DNA from: an uncultured Gemmatimonadaceae bacterium
GTDB taxonomy: Bacteria > Gemmatimonadota > Gemmatimonadetes > Gemmatimonadales > Gemmatimonadaceae
NCBI GenBank assembly: GCA_963829055.1
Contig: CAWHHI010000011.1
Coordinates: 416,001 to 480,000 of the forward strand
Length of the DNA: 64,000 nucleotides
Direction of reading: 5' to 3'
This document shows positions 34,260 to 45,677 of the stretch, one piece after another. Every line of letters begins with the position of its first letter. The stretch's first letter is position 1. The translations under genes and the position numbers were made by a program. The notes under the pieces are model-generated. The model did no database searches and was not told the DNA's origin. It was given only the letters and a program-made list of their open reading frames with translations.

Positions 34260-35461
34260 GCCGCGGCCCGCGACAGGTCAGCGACGGCGAGTCGAGGTTC
34301 CCATTTCGCCATCATCGCGATGAACGCCCTGCTGACATCGGGATCGAACTCGGTGCCGGTGCCGCGCTCGATGTACGTGAGCGTCGCCGCCGGCTCCCAG
34401 GCATCGCGATACGGACGCTTCGTCCGCAGCGCGTCGTACACATCGCACACGTGCACGAGCGCACTGGCTCTGTGGCAGTCACAGCGATAGTGCCGATCGG
34501 GATAGCCGCCACCATTGATCATGATGTGGTGCTCGAAAGCCACGAGCGCCGCCACGTCGAGGTTCTGATCGCTCTGCAGAATCAACCGCGCACCTTCGAC
34601 CGTGTGCGACCGCATGAGCGCCCATTCCTCGGGCGTGAGCTTGCCGGGCTTGGTCAGGATGTCTTTCGGAACGCGCACTTTGCCGAGGTCGTGCAACATA
34701 CCTGCAACCCCGTACGAGCGCACCTCCCTTGGCGACAGCCCCATGAACTCCGCCAGCCCCATCGACAACACCGACACGTTGAGTGCGTGCGTCGTCGTGT
34801 ACTGATCGAACTCCTTCAGCGTGAGCAGCGGCAGGAGCATCGCGCTATCGCCGTGCATCGCCACGGACAGCGAGCGCACGATCGACTCCGCCTCGAGCAG
34901 CGGAATGTTCCTGTCGCCGCTGACCTCGTCGTGAACCCATTGAAGGGCATCGACCTCGACGTTGAGGTCCATCATCGATGCCTCATCGACCGCCGCGACT
35001 TCGGTGACCCGCTGCTCGTTCGAGCCACGCACCCCGATCGCGCCGAAGCGTATCGTCGCCGCAGCGCCCGAGCGGGGGAGCGGCGTGGAGGCGGTAGCAT
35101 TCGCGAGCGCGATCGTCGAGAACGCGGACACCCGCGCCAGCACGTCCTCGAGGAATGCGACGTACGCATCGCGCTCCACGATGTCGGCGAATTCGAGACG
35201 CTGCACGCCGACGTTCGCGAGACGCAGGGCCCACTCCCAATCGGTGAGTGTGCGAATGGCCTGCTGGCCATACACCACGTCGCTGCCGAGGAAGGAGAAG
35301 CTCGGTCGCGGGTCCGCGTCCTGAAGGTCGCGAAGCGTGTCGAACGACGCGACCGCCGCGCGCGCGCGCGCCGGGTGTCCCTCGGCGTAGAGCGACATTG
35401 TCGCCAACGCCTGCGCCATGGACGTGAGGAAGCGAACGGCGAGCGTGGTGCGATCGGTCAT
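34256..35461 (-). CDS. HD-GYP domain protein (cyclic di-GMP phosphodiesterase family)
   Basis: YTTTHALNV; LHDLGK; EHHIMINGGGYP; VCDVYDALRTKRPYR. Confidence 0.88.
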   Translation of the reverse strand: MTDRTTLAVRFLTSMAQALATMSLYAEGHPARARAAVASFDTLRDLQDADPRPSFSFLGSDVVYGQQAIRTLTDWEWALRLANVGVQRLEFADIVERDAYVAFLEDVLARVSAFSTIALANATASTPLPRSGAAATIRFGAIGVRGSNEQRVTEVAAVDEASMMDLNVEVDALQWVHDEVSGDRNIPLLEAESIVRSLSVAMHGDSAMLLPLLTLKEFDQYTTTHALNVSVLSMGLAEFMGLSPREVRSYGVAGMLHDLGKVRVPKDILTKPGKLTPEEWALMRSHTVEGARLILQSDQNLDVAALVAFEHHIMINGGGYPDRHYRCDCHRASALVHVCDVYDALRTKRPYRDAWEPAATLTYIERGTGTEFDPDVSRAFIAMMAKWEPRLAVADLSRAAA

Positions 35462-37527
35462 GCGGCTCCGGTACGAGCGGCGGCGGTGCGGAGGTCGGCG
35501 TCCTTGGATTTCGCGACCAGCGCGAGCACCTCGGCGGCTTCCGGGGCGGAGCTCCAATGGGCGGCCAGGCCAGCGATGGAGGAAATGAGCTGCGGCGACT
35601 TCTCTCGAAGCACGGGCGTACGCAGCAGCCAGTGCTTCTTCACCGTGCGTTGCGCGATCCAGCGCATGGCGTCGAGCGATCCCGAAGCGGCGAGCGCGCG
35701 GATGCCGCGGGCTCGCAGCTCGCCACTCAGCGTGGAGGCGTCGATTCGACGCATGAGGATCGGAACGGCGAGCGCCGGGCATCCCTTGAGCGCCGCGGCG
35801 AGCGCGATGCCGAGCGTGCGTTCGTCGGAGTCGTCGAGCCCGATGACGATAGCGGCGTCACGCGTTGCATCGCGGCGAAGCATCAGCTTCACCGCTTCGC
35901 GGCGGACGCCGGCATCCGCGCTCGTGGCGTACGGCTCGGGCGTGAACTCGCCGGGCCATTCGCCGAGTCGGTCGATGACGTGCAGCATTTGCCGTTGCGC
36001 ATGCACCGGCGCGTCTGCCAACCGATCGACGATCCGCTGTCCCGAGACGTCGGCGAGTCGCACGAGCATGTCCGACGCCCAGCCGTGCAGACGTTCCTCC
36101 TCGTCCTCGAGGAGATCGATGATCGGATCGACGGCAACCTCCCGCAGTCGCAGCGCGAGACGCTCGGCCAGGCGCGCGTTAGGCGGCTCGCTGTGCAGGA
36201 GCGTCGATGAGACGGTCCGGCGTGACGACGCGCGACAGCAGCATATCGCGCGTCTCGCCCTCCGGCGCGTCCTCGAGCAGATCGAGCAATGGCGTGACAT
36301 CAGGACGCGCGAGCAGCTCGCCGAAGATCCGTTCGGTGTTTGGTCCGATGGTCGAGACCTCCAGCGCCAGCTGCAACATCCGTTCGGGATCGGCGCCGCC
36401 GCCTGCATCCACGTCGTGCGTCGCGGTGTGCCGGGCGATGGAGTCGAGCGCGGTGGTGTAGTCGTCGGGGTTCGGATCGGCGAGATCCCAGCTCGAGATC
36501 AGACGCCGCACCTGATCGCGCAACTCGGAGTCCGATCGCATCTGCACCGTGCTACCGGGGGTACGCTCGGCGTGCGCGGCAAGCTTCGAGAGCATGCGCG
36601 CCGAGCGAGCTCGAGATCGTCTGGCCCGACACATCGGCCGCGGCGCGCACGACGTCGACCACCGCGTCGACCGTGAGTCCATGGCTCGCGTTCATGCGCG
36701 AACTGCATGCGCTGCGCGGAATCACCGCCCATCGCGAGCAGGCGCTTGAGCGTGCGCGGCTCCATCTGGCGCACGAGCTTCGAGACGCGGTCGCGCAGCG
36801 GGGCCGCCGCGCGCTGCTCGTCGGTGTTGAGCTCGTCGGCGATCTGCAGCATGTAGCCGACGACGACCTGATCGTACGCCGAGTCGCCCTGGTGCGCGTC
36901 GATGGCGCGGGCAACCGCTGTCGGATCCGTGGACGTCAGCTCCGACGTCGCCTCGCGAGCGAGGGCCGCGCGCGCGAGTCCGATCCAGAGTTGAGCGGCA
37001 CGCGTGCGCGCCTCGCGAGCGTCCTCTCCTTCGACGGCAGCATCGTCGAGACCGTCACTGATCAGCTCGAGCTGATCGAATGTCAGCGCGAACAGACGTG
37101 CGTTGCGCCACCGCTGGAGGACCTCGGGTCCCATGAGTCCGAGCGGTCGCTCGACCCGCCCACCATCGATCGCGATCGTCGCGAGCACCTCGGCCAGCTC
37201 TTCCTTGTCGAGACCGCGGCTCAGACGCAGCGCGCCGATCTGGTGGCGATGGAGGCGCGCGGCGAAGTCACGGAGGATGGGATGATCTTCGTCGGTGGCA
37301 ATGCCTTCGATGATCAGTTGGCGGCGTGCGACGCCTATCGAGAGCGTCGGCGTCTGCTCGAGAAACGCGGCAAGCCGGCGCGCCAGACTATCGACGGCCG
37401 CGACGAGGAGCGGGTGGGTGCCGGGATAGATGGCGTTCTTGTGCACGGCCACCGCCAACTCGATGAGCAAGTCGGCGTGGTCCTGGGGCAGCGCGGCGTC
37501 GGCGGAGCCAGTGACGATCGAGCTCAT
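35458..37527 (-). CDS. helical/HEAT-repeat-like hypothetical protein (frameshifted)
   Basis: Merged from three fragments. N-term ELAVAVHKNAIYPGTHPLL resembles the N-terminus of the adjacent HD-GYP protein (SLYAEGHPAR). C-terminal HEAT-like helices VRREAVKLML. ATGA overlap with the HD-GYP gene. Confidence 0.65.
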
Positions 37528-37711
37528 TGCATGGTGCACCCGCTGCAGGCGGGAGCCGAGTTCTGGCGCGAGAAGTGCTTCCCCAGGAGAGAGATCGCTG
37601 CCAAAAAGACGAGCCGGCGGGACTGAGGTTACGGGTCTTTACCGGGCAAAGCGACGATCGACGTTGAATTGGGATCGCAAACGACGTGAGCGCGCGGCGC
37701 GCGGAGGGAGC

Positions 37712-38173
37712 ATGGCGGATCGGGAGAGTACTGGTGGCGCAGGTGGCACGGACCGCTCGCGACAGCAAGGGAGTGGCCGAGCGGACGAGGGCTTCGGCGA
37801 CGACGCGGGAACGCGTGTAGGGCGCCCGGATTCCGCGGGGACACGTGCTGAGCCAAGCACGGGTACTGGAGTGCCGGTCGGCGAGGAAGGCTCGATTCTC
37901 GAGGGCGAGGAGAGCCGTCGCGGGATGACGGCGAGCGACCGCGCCGGCACGGGTGCCGGGGCAGAGGGCGCCGAGGGCATTCACGGGGCCAAAGGACGTG
38001 ACCCCAAGGAGAAATCCAGCGTCGAGCACGTCGAGCACGCCCACGGCGAGCCCGGACGCGGCGAAGGAGCAGGGCTCTCGGGATCTGAGCCACTCCGGCA
38101 TCGTGAGACTGAGCACCAAAGCGGCTATGGTGGCAAAGGTGCTGAGCCGAAGACCAGCTCGGATGATCGATAA
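37712..38173 (+). CDS. small hydrophilic Gly/Glu/Arg-rich, probably disordered protein
   Basis: Strong RBS GGAGGGAG before the ATG; MADRESTGGAGG...HQSGYGGKGAEPKTSSDDR*. Confidence 0.6.
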   Translation: MADRESTGGAGGTDRSRQQGSGRADEGFGDDAGTRVGRPDSAGTRAEPSTGTGVPVGEEGSILEGEESRRGMTASDRAGTGAGAEGAEGIHGAKGRDPKEKSSVEHVEHAHGEPGRGEGAGLSGSEPLRHRETEHQSGYGGKGAEPKTSSDDR

Positions 38174-38178
38174 CCGCT

Positions 38179-38234
38179 AGCTGGTTGCTGGGTGGTCGTG
38201 CTGGTGGCTGGGTGACGCTGGGTGACCAGCCACC
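38179..38234. repeat. dispersed repeat of the 13532 family
   Basis: GCTGGTTGCTGGGTGGTCGTGCTGGTGGCTGGGTGACGCTG, near-identical to 13532-13572. Confidence 0.7.
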
Positions 38235-38257
38235 GGCGGGCCAGGTAGCTTCTGCCG

Positions 38258-40370
38258 ATGCTTTCTGCCTCGCATCGGGAAGTGCTCGAGGCGGTCGCGC
38301 GGCGGGTCGTGCCGCACGCCTACGACGACGGCGCTCAGACGGCGGATCTCGTCGCGCGCATTGAGGCGCATCTCGCGCTGGCGCCCACCTGAACGCGTGC
38401 GCGACCTCGAGCTTGCGCTCACCGTGCTCGGTAGTCGAGCCGCGGCGCTGCTGCTCTCGGGGATGACGGCGCCCTTCCCTCGCCTGTCGGCCGAACGGCA
38501 GGACCGATGCTCGCGCGGTGGTCGACGTCTCGCGTGGGCGTCGCGCGCAGCGTGTATCAGGGTGTGCGGCGACTCGTGCTCGCGGTGTACTACTCGCAGC
38601 CCGAGTCGTTCGCGGACATTGGCTACCTCGGCCCGCTGCACGAGCGCGCGCTGGCGTTCGCGTGGGAGGGCCCGGCGCCAGCCGCACGCGCGCGCCTAAC
38701 GCCGACGAGCCGGTCGCGCGCGGCGCGAGCGGAAGCGCGCGAGTCACTCGTCGCCGCAGCCGCGCCGCCGGAATCGCGAGTGCCGGTCACTCAGCGTCAC
38801 CCAGCCACCAGCACCGCTCGCTTGACGGCGGACGTCGATCGTCATCGGCAGCGGCGCCGGTGGCGCTGTCGCGGCAGCACGGCTGGCCGAGGCGGGGCGC
38901 GATGTGCTGCTGCTCGAGGAAGGCAACCTCGTCGCCCCCGCCGAGTTGAACGAGCGCGAAGGCGACATGACCGCGCGCCTCTACGCGGAGCGCGGCATGC
39001 GGGCGACTGACGATCTCTCGGTGGTGCTGTTCCAGGGCGCGGCGGTCGGCGGCGGCACGCTCGTGAACTGGATGATCACGTTTCGCGCGCCCGACTTCGT
39101 GCTCGACGAGTGGTCGCGATCGCTTCGGCATTGGTCGGCTTCTCGCCGGCGGACATGGCGTCAACGTTCGAGCGCGTCGAGCGAGAGATTCACGCGACGC
39201 CCTGTCCCCGACGACGCGCACTCGCCCGCGAACCGCATTCTCCTCGACGGCGCCCGCCGGCTCGGCTGGCGCGCGACGACCGGATCGCATCAACGCACGC
39301 GGCTGCATTCGCGCCGGCTTCTGTGGACAGGGCTGTCGCTACGGCGCGAAGCAGAGCGTCGATCGCGTATACGTGCCGCCGGCGCATCGCGCGCGGCGCG
39401 CGGCTGCTCCCCGACGTGCGCGTCGAACGCATCGACGTCGTCGAGCGGGATGGCGCGTCGTCGACGGCCGCACGTGGCGCGCGACGCACGACGGCGCCGC
39501 TCAAGCGCGTGCACGCGACGGTCGTCGACCGCCTAACGCGCAAGCCCGTGGGCACGCTCGTCGCCGAAGCGCCCGTGGTGGTGCTCGCGGCCGGCGCCGT
39601 GGGAACGCCGGTCATCCTGCAACGGTCGGGGCTCGGCGGCGGCGGCGTGGGCCAGTATCTGCGACTCCACCCGACCACGGCGATCGTCGGAGAGCACAGC
39701 GACGACGTCTACGCTGCCGCGGGCATACCGCAGTCCGCCGTGTGCGACGAGTTCATCCGCCGCGACGACCACGGCTACGGCTTCTGGATCGAGTGTGCGC
39801 CGATCCATCCGGCGCTGGCCTCACTCGCAGTCAGCGGCATCGGGACCGAGCATCGCGACCTGATGCGGCGTTTTCGTCGCACGACGAATCTCATCGTGCT
39901 CGTGCGCGACGGCTCTGACCTCGACGCCTCGAACGGCTCCGTCACCGTCTCGCGCCGTGGGCGCCCGCGCATCGCCTATCGCGTGGGGCCGCGCGACCGC
40001 GCGAACCTCGTCGCGGGCGTGCAGGCCTCGGCGAAGATCCTGCTGGCGGCGGGCGTCACGCGGCGTTCGGACGCTGCACACGCTCGGGGGCGAGGTGCGT
40101 GACGACCGCGACGTCGCCGCGCTCAGCGACCGCGCGTGGGGCCCGCACGATCTCACGCTGTTCTCCGCCCACGTGAACGGCACCTGCCGGTTGGGAAGCG
40201 ACCCTCGCACATCGGGCGTCGACGCGACGGGCCAGCGTCACGGCGTGCGCGGACTCTACGTCGCCGACGGCTCGCTCCTCCCTACCGGGCTCGGGGTGAA
40301 TCCGCAGGCGACGATCATGGCGCTCTCCACGATGATCACGGAGCGGATGGTGGCGAGCGATGCTGTGTGA
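38258..40370 (+). CDS. GMC family oxidoreductase (long-chain alcohol oxidase/dehydrogenase-like), frameshifted
   Basis: FAD motif IGSGAGG (in a shifted frame); LLLEEG; GAAVGGGTLVNW; VVLAAGAVGTPVILQRSG; SAHVNGTCRLG; LYVADGSLLPTGLGVNPQATIMA. Confidence 0.85.
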
Positions 40371-40463
40371 GTCGAGGGTCACGCGGCCGAGGCGATAGTC
40401 CCCACTCGCAACCGCCGTGGCTAGATTGCGCGAATAACTCGCCCTTCACCGCCGGAGTACACC

Positions 40464-42507
40464 GTGTCCGAAACTGCCTCTTCCGCCGCCGTCGCGTCGT
40501 CGGCGTCGTCGCTCGATGAGTTGTGCATCAACACCATCCGCACGCTCGCCATGGACGCGGTGCAGAAGGCGGACTCGGGGCATCCGGGGACGCCCATGGC
40601 GCTGGCGCCGCTGGCCTACGTGCTGTTCACGCGGCACATGCATCACAACCCGGCCGATCCCGCGTGGCCGAACCGCGATCGGTTCGTGCTGTCGTGCGGT
40701 CACGCGTCGATGTTGCTGTACAGCGCGCTCTACCTGAGCGGCTACGACCTCTCGCTCGAGGATCTCAAGCAGTTTCGGCAGTGGCAGAGCCGGACGCCCG
40801 GCCACCCCGAATACGGCCACACACCCGGCGTCGAGACGACGACCGGCCCGCTCGGCCAGGGCGTCGCGAACGCCGTCGGATTCGCGATGGCGGAAATGCA
40901 CCTCGCGGCGACGTTCAACCGTGAAGGGCACAAGATCGTCGATCACCACACGTACTTCATCTGCAGCGACGGCGATCTCATGGAGGGCATCTCCCATGAG
41001 GCGTCGTCGTTCGGCGGCCACAACAAGTTCGGGAAGCTGATCGGCTTCTACGACGACAACCACATCACGATCGACGGCTCCGACGGACCTCTCGTACACC
41101 GATGATGCCGGCATGCGGTTCGAGGCGTACGGGTGGCACGTGCTGCACGTCGCGGACATCAACGACCTCGACGCGCTCGACGCCGCGATCGAGGCGGCGA
41201 AGGCCGAGACGGGCAGGCCGACCATGATCGTGTGCCGCACGCACATCGGCTTCGGCAGCCCGCACAAGCAGGACACGGCGAAGGCGCACGGTGAGGCGTT
41301 AGGCGAGGAAGAGATCAAGCTCACGAAGCGCAATCTCGGCTGGCCGAGCGAGGAGTCGTTCTACGTCCCCGAGGAGGCGCTGGCGCACTGGCGGAAGGTT
41401 CGCGAGCGTGGCGCCGCGCTGCACGAGGGATGGCGCCGCCAGCTCATCGCTTACTCGAAGGCGCATCCCGACCTCGCGAAGGAGTTCGGCCGTCGCATGC
41501 AGGGCGATCTGCCGACGGGGTGGGAGAGCGCGATTCCGACGTTCACGAAGGAGAACGGCAACGTCGCGTCGCGTGCGGCATCGGGCGTGGTACTGGGCGC
41601 GCTCGTCGAGAAGGTGCCCGAGCTGCTCGGCGGGTCGGCGGACCTGACGCCGTCGAACAACACGCAGCCAAAGTCGTTCAAGTCGTTCTCGCCCGAGACG
41701 CCGGCCGAGCGCTACGTGCACTACGGCATTCGCGAGCACGGCATGGCGGGCATCATGAACGGGCTCGCACTGCATGGCGGCATCATCCCGTACGCCGGCA
41801 CGTTCCTGATTTTCTCGGACTACATGCGTCCGTCGCAGCGACTCGCGTCGCTGATGCATCAGCGTGTGATCTACGTGTTCACGCACGATTCGATCGGACT
41901 CGGCGAGGATGGCCCGACGCACCAGCCGATCGAGCAACTGACGGCACTCCGCGCGATTCCGGGATTCACGATGATCCGTCCGGCCGATGCGAACGAGACG
42001 GCGGAGGCGTGGCGCGTGGCGATCAAGCACAAGACCGGCCCGGTAGCGCTGGCCCTGACGCGGCAGAAGCTCGGATACATCGACCGCGAGAAGTACGGTG
42101 CGGCGTCCGGACTGGCGAAGGGCGCGTACGTGCTGGCGGACGCGCCTAACGGCAAGCCTGACGTCGTGCTGATGTCCAGTGGGTCGGAGGTCGCGCTCGT
42201 GCTCGAGGCGCAGACGAAGCTCGCCGCGGCAGGGGTGCAGGCCCGCGCGGTCAGCATGCCGAGTCACGAGCTGTTCGCGCAGCAGCCGCTGGAGTATCAG
42301 CGAGAAGTACTGCCAGTGGGATCGAAGCGCATCGCGATCGAGGCGGCGCATCCGATGTCGTGGTATCGCTGGGTTGGAAGCGAAGGCATCGTGATGGGCA
42401 TCGATCATTTCGGGGCATCGGCTCCGTTTGCGGAGATCTATACCGGGCTCGGACTTACAGTAGACAAGCTTGTCGAGGCAGCCCGAGGACTCGTAGCGGC
42501 CAAGTAG
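40464..42507 (+). CDS. tkt: transketolase (frameshift ~41080-41105)
   Basis: [83 protein letters not shown]. Confidence 0.97.
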
Positions 42508-42511
42508 TCAG

Positions 42512-42620
42512 GGCTGCACGCTGGACATTTGCCGACGGCTGCATGCTGCGGCTGCTCGCTGCCCGCTGCTGCTATGAGCGCCCAGCACCCTACATGCTGC
42601 GCGCTGCGCGCAGCTGCTGA
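42512..42620. repeat. GCTGCNC heptamer-based dispersed repeat
   Basis: GCTGCACGCTGGACATTTGCCGACGGCTGCATGCTGCGGCTGCTCGCTGCCCGCTGCTGC, homologous to ~23593-23655. Confidence 0.65.
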
Positions 42621-42631
42621 AGCGGAATGGT

Positions 42632-43919
42632 GTGGGCGATAGCGGCGCGGCGAGTAACGTCTCCACCTCCTCGTCACCAATGAATCAGGTCGCCGAGTCG
42701 TACGTGAAGCTCGTGCTCGCGGTCGGCAAGCACGACGCCGACTACGTCGACGCCTACTACGGGCCGCCTGAATGGAAGGCAGAGGCGGATTCGGCGACCA
42801 TTCCCCTCGGCGACATCGAGCAGCGCGCTGCGGCGCTGATCGCGCAGCTCGGGGCCGATACAGGTAGCACCTCTGGTGCAGGCGCTGATACGGCGGACAT
42901 GGCTCGGCTTCGCCACGCGTACCTGCGCAAGCAGCTCGAGGCGATGGTCGCGCGGGTGAAGATGCTCCAGGGCACGAAGCTGTCCTTCGACGACGAGGCT
43001 CGCGCGCTGTACGACGCTCACGCCGCCGAAGAACACGGAGGAGCATTTCCAGGAAGTCATCGCGCGCCTCGATAAGATGCTCCCCGGCAGCGGCCCGGTG
43101 CCGGCGCGTTATGTGGCCTATCGCAGTCAGTTCGTCATTCCACCGGCCAAGGTCGACACCGTCTTCAAGACGGCGATCGCCGCCTGCAAGGAGCGCACAG
43201 CGCGGCACATCACGCTACCAGCGGGCGAGAGCTTCGTGGTCGAATACGTGAAGGACAAACCGTGGAGTGGTTACAACTGGTACAAGGGCAACTACCACAG
43301 CGTCATCCAGGTCAACACGAGCCTGCCGATCTACATCGACCGTGCTGTGGATCTCGCGTGTCACGAGGGATACCCCGGGCATCACGTCTACAACGCGCTC
43401 CTCGAGAAGAGTCTCGTGCGCGATCGCGGATGGCAGGAGTTCTCGGTGTATCCGCTGTTCAGCCCGCAGTCGCTGATCGCCGAGGGGAGCGCGAACTACG
43501 GGATCGAGATCGCGTTTCCGGGCGCCGAGCGCGCGGCGTTCGAGAGCATGTGCACTCTTTCCGCTCGCGGGCCTGCCGGCGGCGAAGGCTGAGGAGTACT
43601 ACCGCATCCAGAATCTCGTGCACGAGCTGTCGTACGCCGGCAACGAGGCCGCGCGACGGTACCTCGAATGGCGAGATCGGCGGCGCGGCCGCGGCGGACT
43701 GGCTCGAGCGCTATGCACTCATGTCGTCGGCGGCCGCGCGCGCAGCGCGTGAAGTTCTTCGACACGTACCGCAGCTACGTGATCAACTACAACCTCGGCC
43801 AGGACCTCGTGCGGCAGTACGTCGAACGCTCGGCCGGGCCTAACGCGACAGCCGACGATCGATGGCGCGTGTTCGGCGCGCTGCTCGCGTCGCCGAGGCT
43901 GCCCTCGGGGCTGCAGTAG
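42632..43919 (+). CDS. hypothetical protein with DUF885-like HEGYPGHH motif (frameshifted; start uncertain)
   Basis: YVKLVLAVGKHDADYVDAYYGP; KPWSGYNWYKGNY; LACHEGYPGHHV; AEGSANYG; YRSYVINYNLG. Confidence 0.7.
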
Positions 43920-43999
43920 GCGACCGGACGGTTCGTCGCACTCTCGCTGTGGTGGTTGTCCGACCCGCTGCCTAACGACTCACCTTTCGTCCGGAACAC

Positions 44000-44575
44000 A
44001 TGGACTGGCTGACCTTCATCGCCGCGATCGTGAAGGCACTCGCCTGGCCGCTGACGGTGCTGGGCGTGTTCGCCGTGCTCCGCAGGCCGCTATTGGGACT
44101 CATCCCGCTGGTCGCCCGTCTCAAATTCAAGGATCTGGAGCTCGACTTCGGGCGTCGGCTGGCCGAGGTCCGCGCGGAGGCCGAGAGCCTGCCGAGGGTG
44201 CCATCCGCCGCCTCGACGGAGAGTGACGATACCCTGCTCCGCCTCGCAGCCATGGCGCCGCGCGCCGCGATTCTGGAGGCATGGCTGCGCCTCGAGGCGA
44301 CGGCGCTGCGCGCCGCGCGACGCAAGGGCACGAGCGAGCCGGTCACGCAGTTGCGAGCTCCCGTCCGGCTGATCGAAGCACTCGAAGAGCTCGGCGTGAT
44401 CGACGCGCGGCAAGCGGCAGTCTTTCATGAGCTCCGCAGCCTCCGTAACTCGGCCGCGCACGCACTCGGCTTCGAGCCCGATCCGGAGGCCGCGCGCGAC
44501 TACGTTCGACTTGCGGCGCGACTGGAGCAGGCGATCGACGAGCGTGTGGCAGGTCCTGAGAACCCGCAACGGTGA
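44000..44575 (+). CDS. membrane-anchored hypothetical protein with C-terminal HEPN/DUF4145-like RxxxxH motif
   Basis: N-terminal TM ALAWPLTVLGVFAVL; PRAAILEAWLRLE; FHELRSLRNSAAH. Confidence 0.65.
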   Translation: MDWLTFIAAIVKALAWPLTVLGVFAVLRRPLLGLIPLVARLKFKDLELDFGRRLAEVRAEAESLPRVPSAASTESDDTLLRLAAMAPRAAILEAWLRLEATALRAARRKGTSEPVTQLRAPVRLIEALEELGVIDARQAAVFHELRSLRNSAAHALGFEPDPEAARDYVRLAARLEQAIDERVAGPENPQR

Positions 44576-44837
44576 CGCCACGTTTGCACGCAGACCTCGC
44601 CGGTCGCGGGAGCGTTCTGCCGTGACGGGCGAGCAAACCGAGGGGTCTGCTTTCGGCCGGATCGGTGAGAACGCCGCGCGGCCGGGCGCGCCGGATTAGC
44701 TTCTGACGTTACTCGCCGCAGGGGAGGCGAACTGCAAAGTCAGACCGTCTCAGCTTTCGCGCTCTCCTGGCGCTTGGCAGCGGCCCACTTGGCATCGGCC
44801 CGCTGCCTCAGCTCCGTCCTACGGCTCGCCTAACGCG

Positions 44838-45107
44838 ATGAACGACACACGGCACGTCGATCCACTGCACGGGATCACGCTCAAGGCAATGATCGAGCAC
44901 CTCGTTGAGCGCTACGGCTGGGGCGGATTGGGCGAACGCATCGACATCCGGTGCTTCACCCATGATCCGAGCGTCAACTCGTCGCTCAAATTCCTGCGCA
45001 AGACTCCATGGGCGCGAGCCAAGGTCGAGTCACTGTACCTTCACTCGGTCGCGCATCCGCGAAAGGGCGTTGCGCCGGCAGCAGACGATCGGTCTCGCGC
45101 GGATTGA
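44838..45107 (+). CDS. VF530 family (DUF2132) DNA-binding protein
   Basis: [61 protein letters not shown]. Confidence 0.92.
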   Translation: MNDTRHVDPLHGITLKAMIEHLVERYGWGGLGERIDIRCFTHDPSVNSSLKFLRKTPWARAKVESLYLHSVAHPRKGVAPAADDRSRAD

Positions 45108-45116
45108 CCGGACCGC

Positions 45117-45671
45117 GTGTCGCACGAACAGTTGCACGACCAGTTACCAATTCAGGAGTCGCTGCCCTGGCTGCGCACGCCGAGGCTTGTGCTCCGGCCG
45201 ATGACGCTCGCCGACGCCGGAGATGTCTTCGCGTACGCCGCTGACCCGGAGGTGCTCCGCTACACGACGGGCACCACGCCAAAACGTCCCGAGGAGACGC
45301 ACGCATGGCTGCAGGCGGTGCTCGCTGATCCGGAAACGCACATGTGGGCCATTCGCCTGGCCGATGATCCATCGGTGATCGGCGCGCTCGAGTTTGGCAT
45401 GCCGACACCAGGAGTCGGGTCGATTCACTACGCGCTCGGCCGATCACACTGGGGCGTCGGTCTCATGACGGAAGCCGTCGACGCGGTTTGCCTCTGGGCC
45501 ACGAACGCGCTTCCGTCGCTCCGCGAGATCACCACGTCCGTCGCAGCGGCGAACGTCAGGTCGGCCCGGGTTCTCGAGAAGTGTGGATTCCGGCGCGTCG
45601 GCTCCGCGTTCGAGGTCTGGGCAAAGGACGCTGCGCCCATCGAGCTTCACGTGTACCGGCGCGAGGCCTAA
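45117..45671 (+). CDS. GNAT N-acetyltransferase, RimJ/RimL type
   Basis: LRTPRLVLRPMTLADA; HWGVGLMTEAV; NVRSARVLEKCGF. Confidence 0.9.
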   Translation: MSHEQLHDQLPIQESLPWLRTPRLVLRPMTLADAGDVFAYAADPEVLRYTTGTTPKRPEETHAWLQAVLADPETHMWAIRLADDPSVIGALEFGMPTPGVGSIHYALGRSHWGVGLMTEAVDAVCLWATNALPSLREITTSVAAANVRSARVLEKCGFRRVGSAFEVWAKDAAPIELHVYRREA

Positions 45672-45677
45672 CGCGAC

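Noticed and set aside
34451..36676. Long antisense ORFs (e.g. 34451..36676 +, 30774..32420 +, 50503..51882 -, 7352..8572 +)
   Set aside because: Shadow ORFs opposite well-supported genes, expected at high GC; no domain motifs.
40464..42507. tkt and other split genes as pseudogenes or programmed frameshifts
   Set aside because: Catalytic motifs are intact, indels are widespread, and no slippery-site pattern was seen; sequencing error is more parsimonious.
44580..44830. Possible riboswitch or ncRNA upstream of the VF530 gene (hairpins TCTGAC...GTCAGA and GGCAGCGG...CCGCTGCC)
   Set aside because: Only generic GC-rich stems; no conserved riboswitch consensus could be matched by eye.
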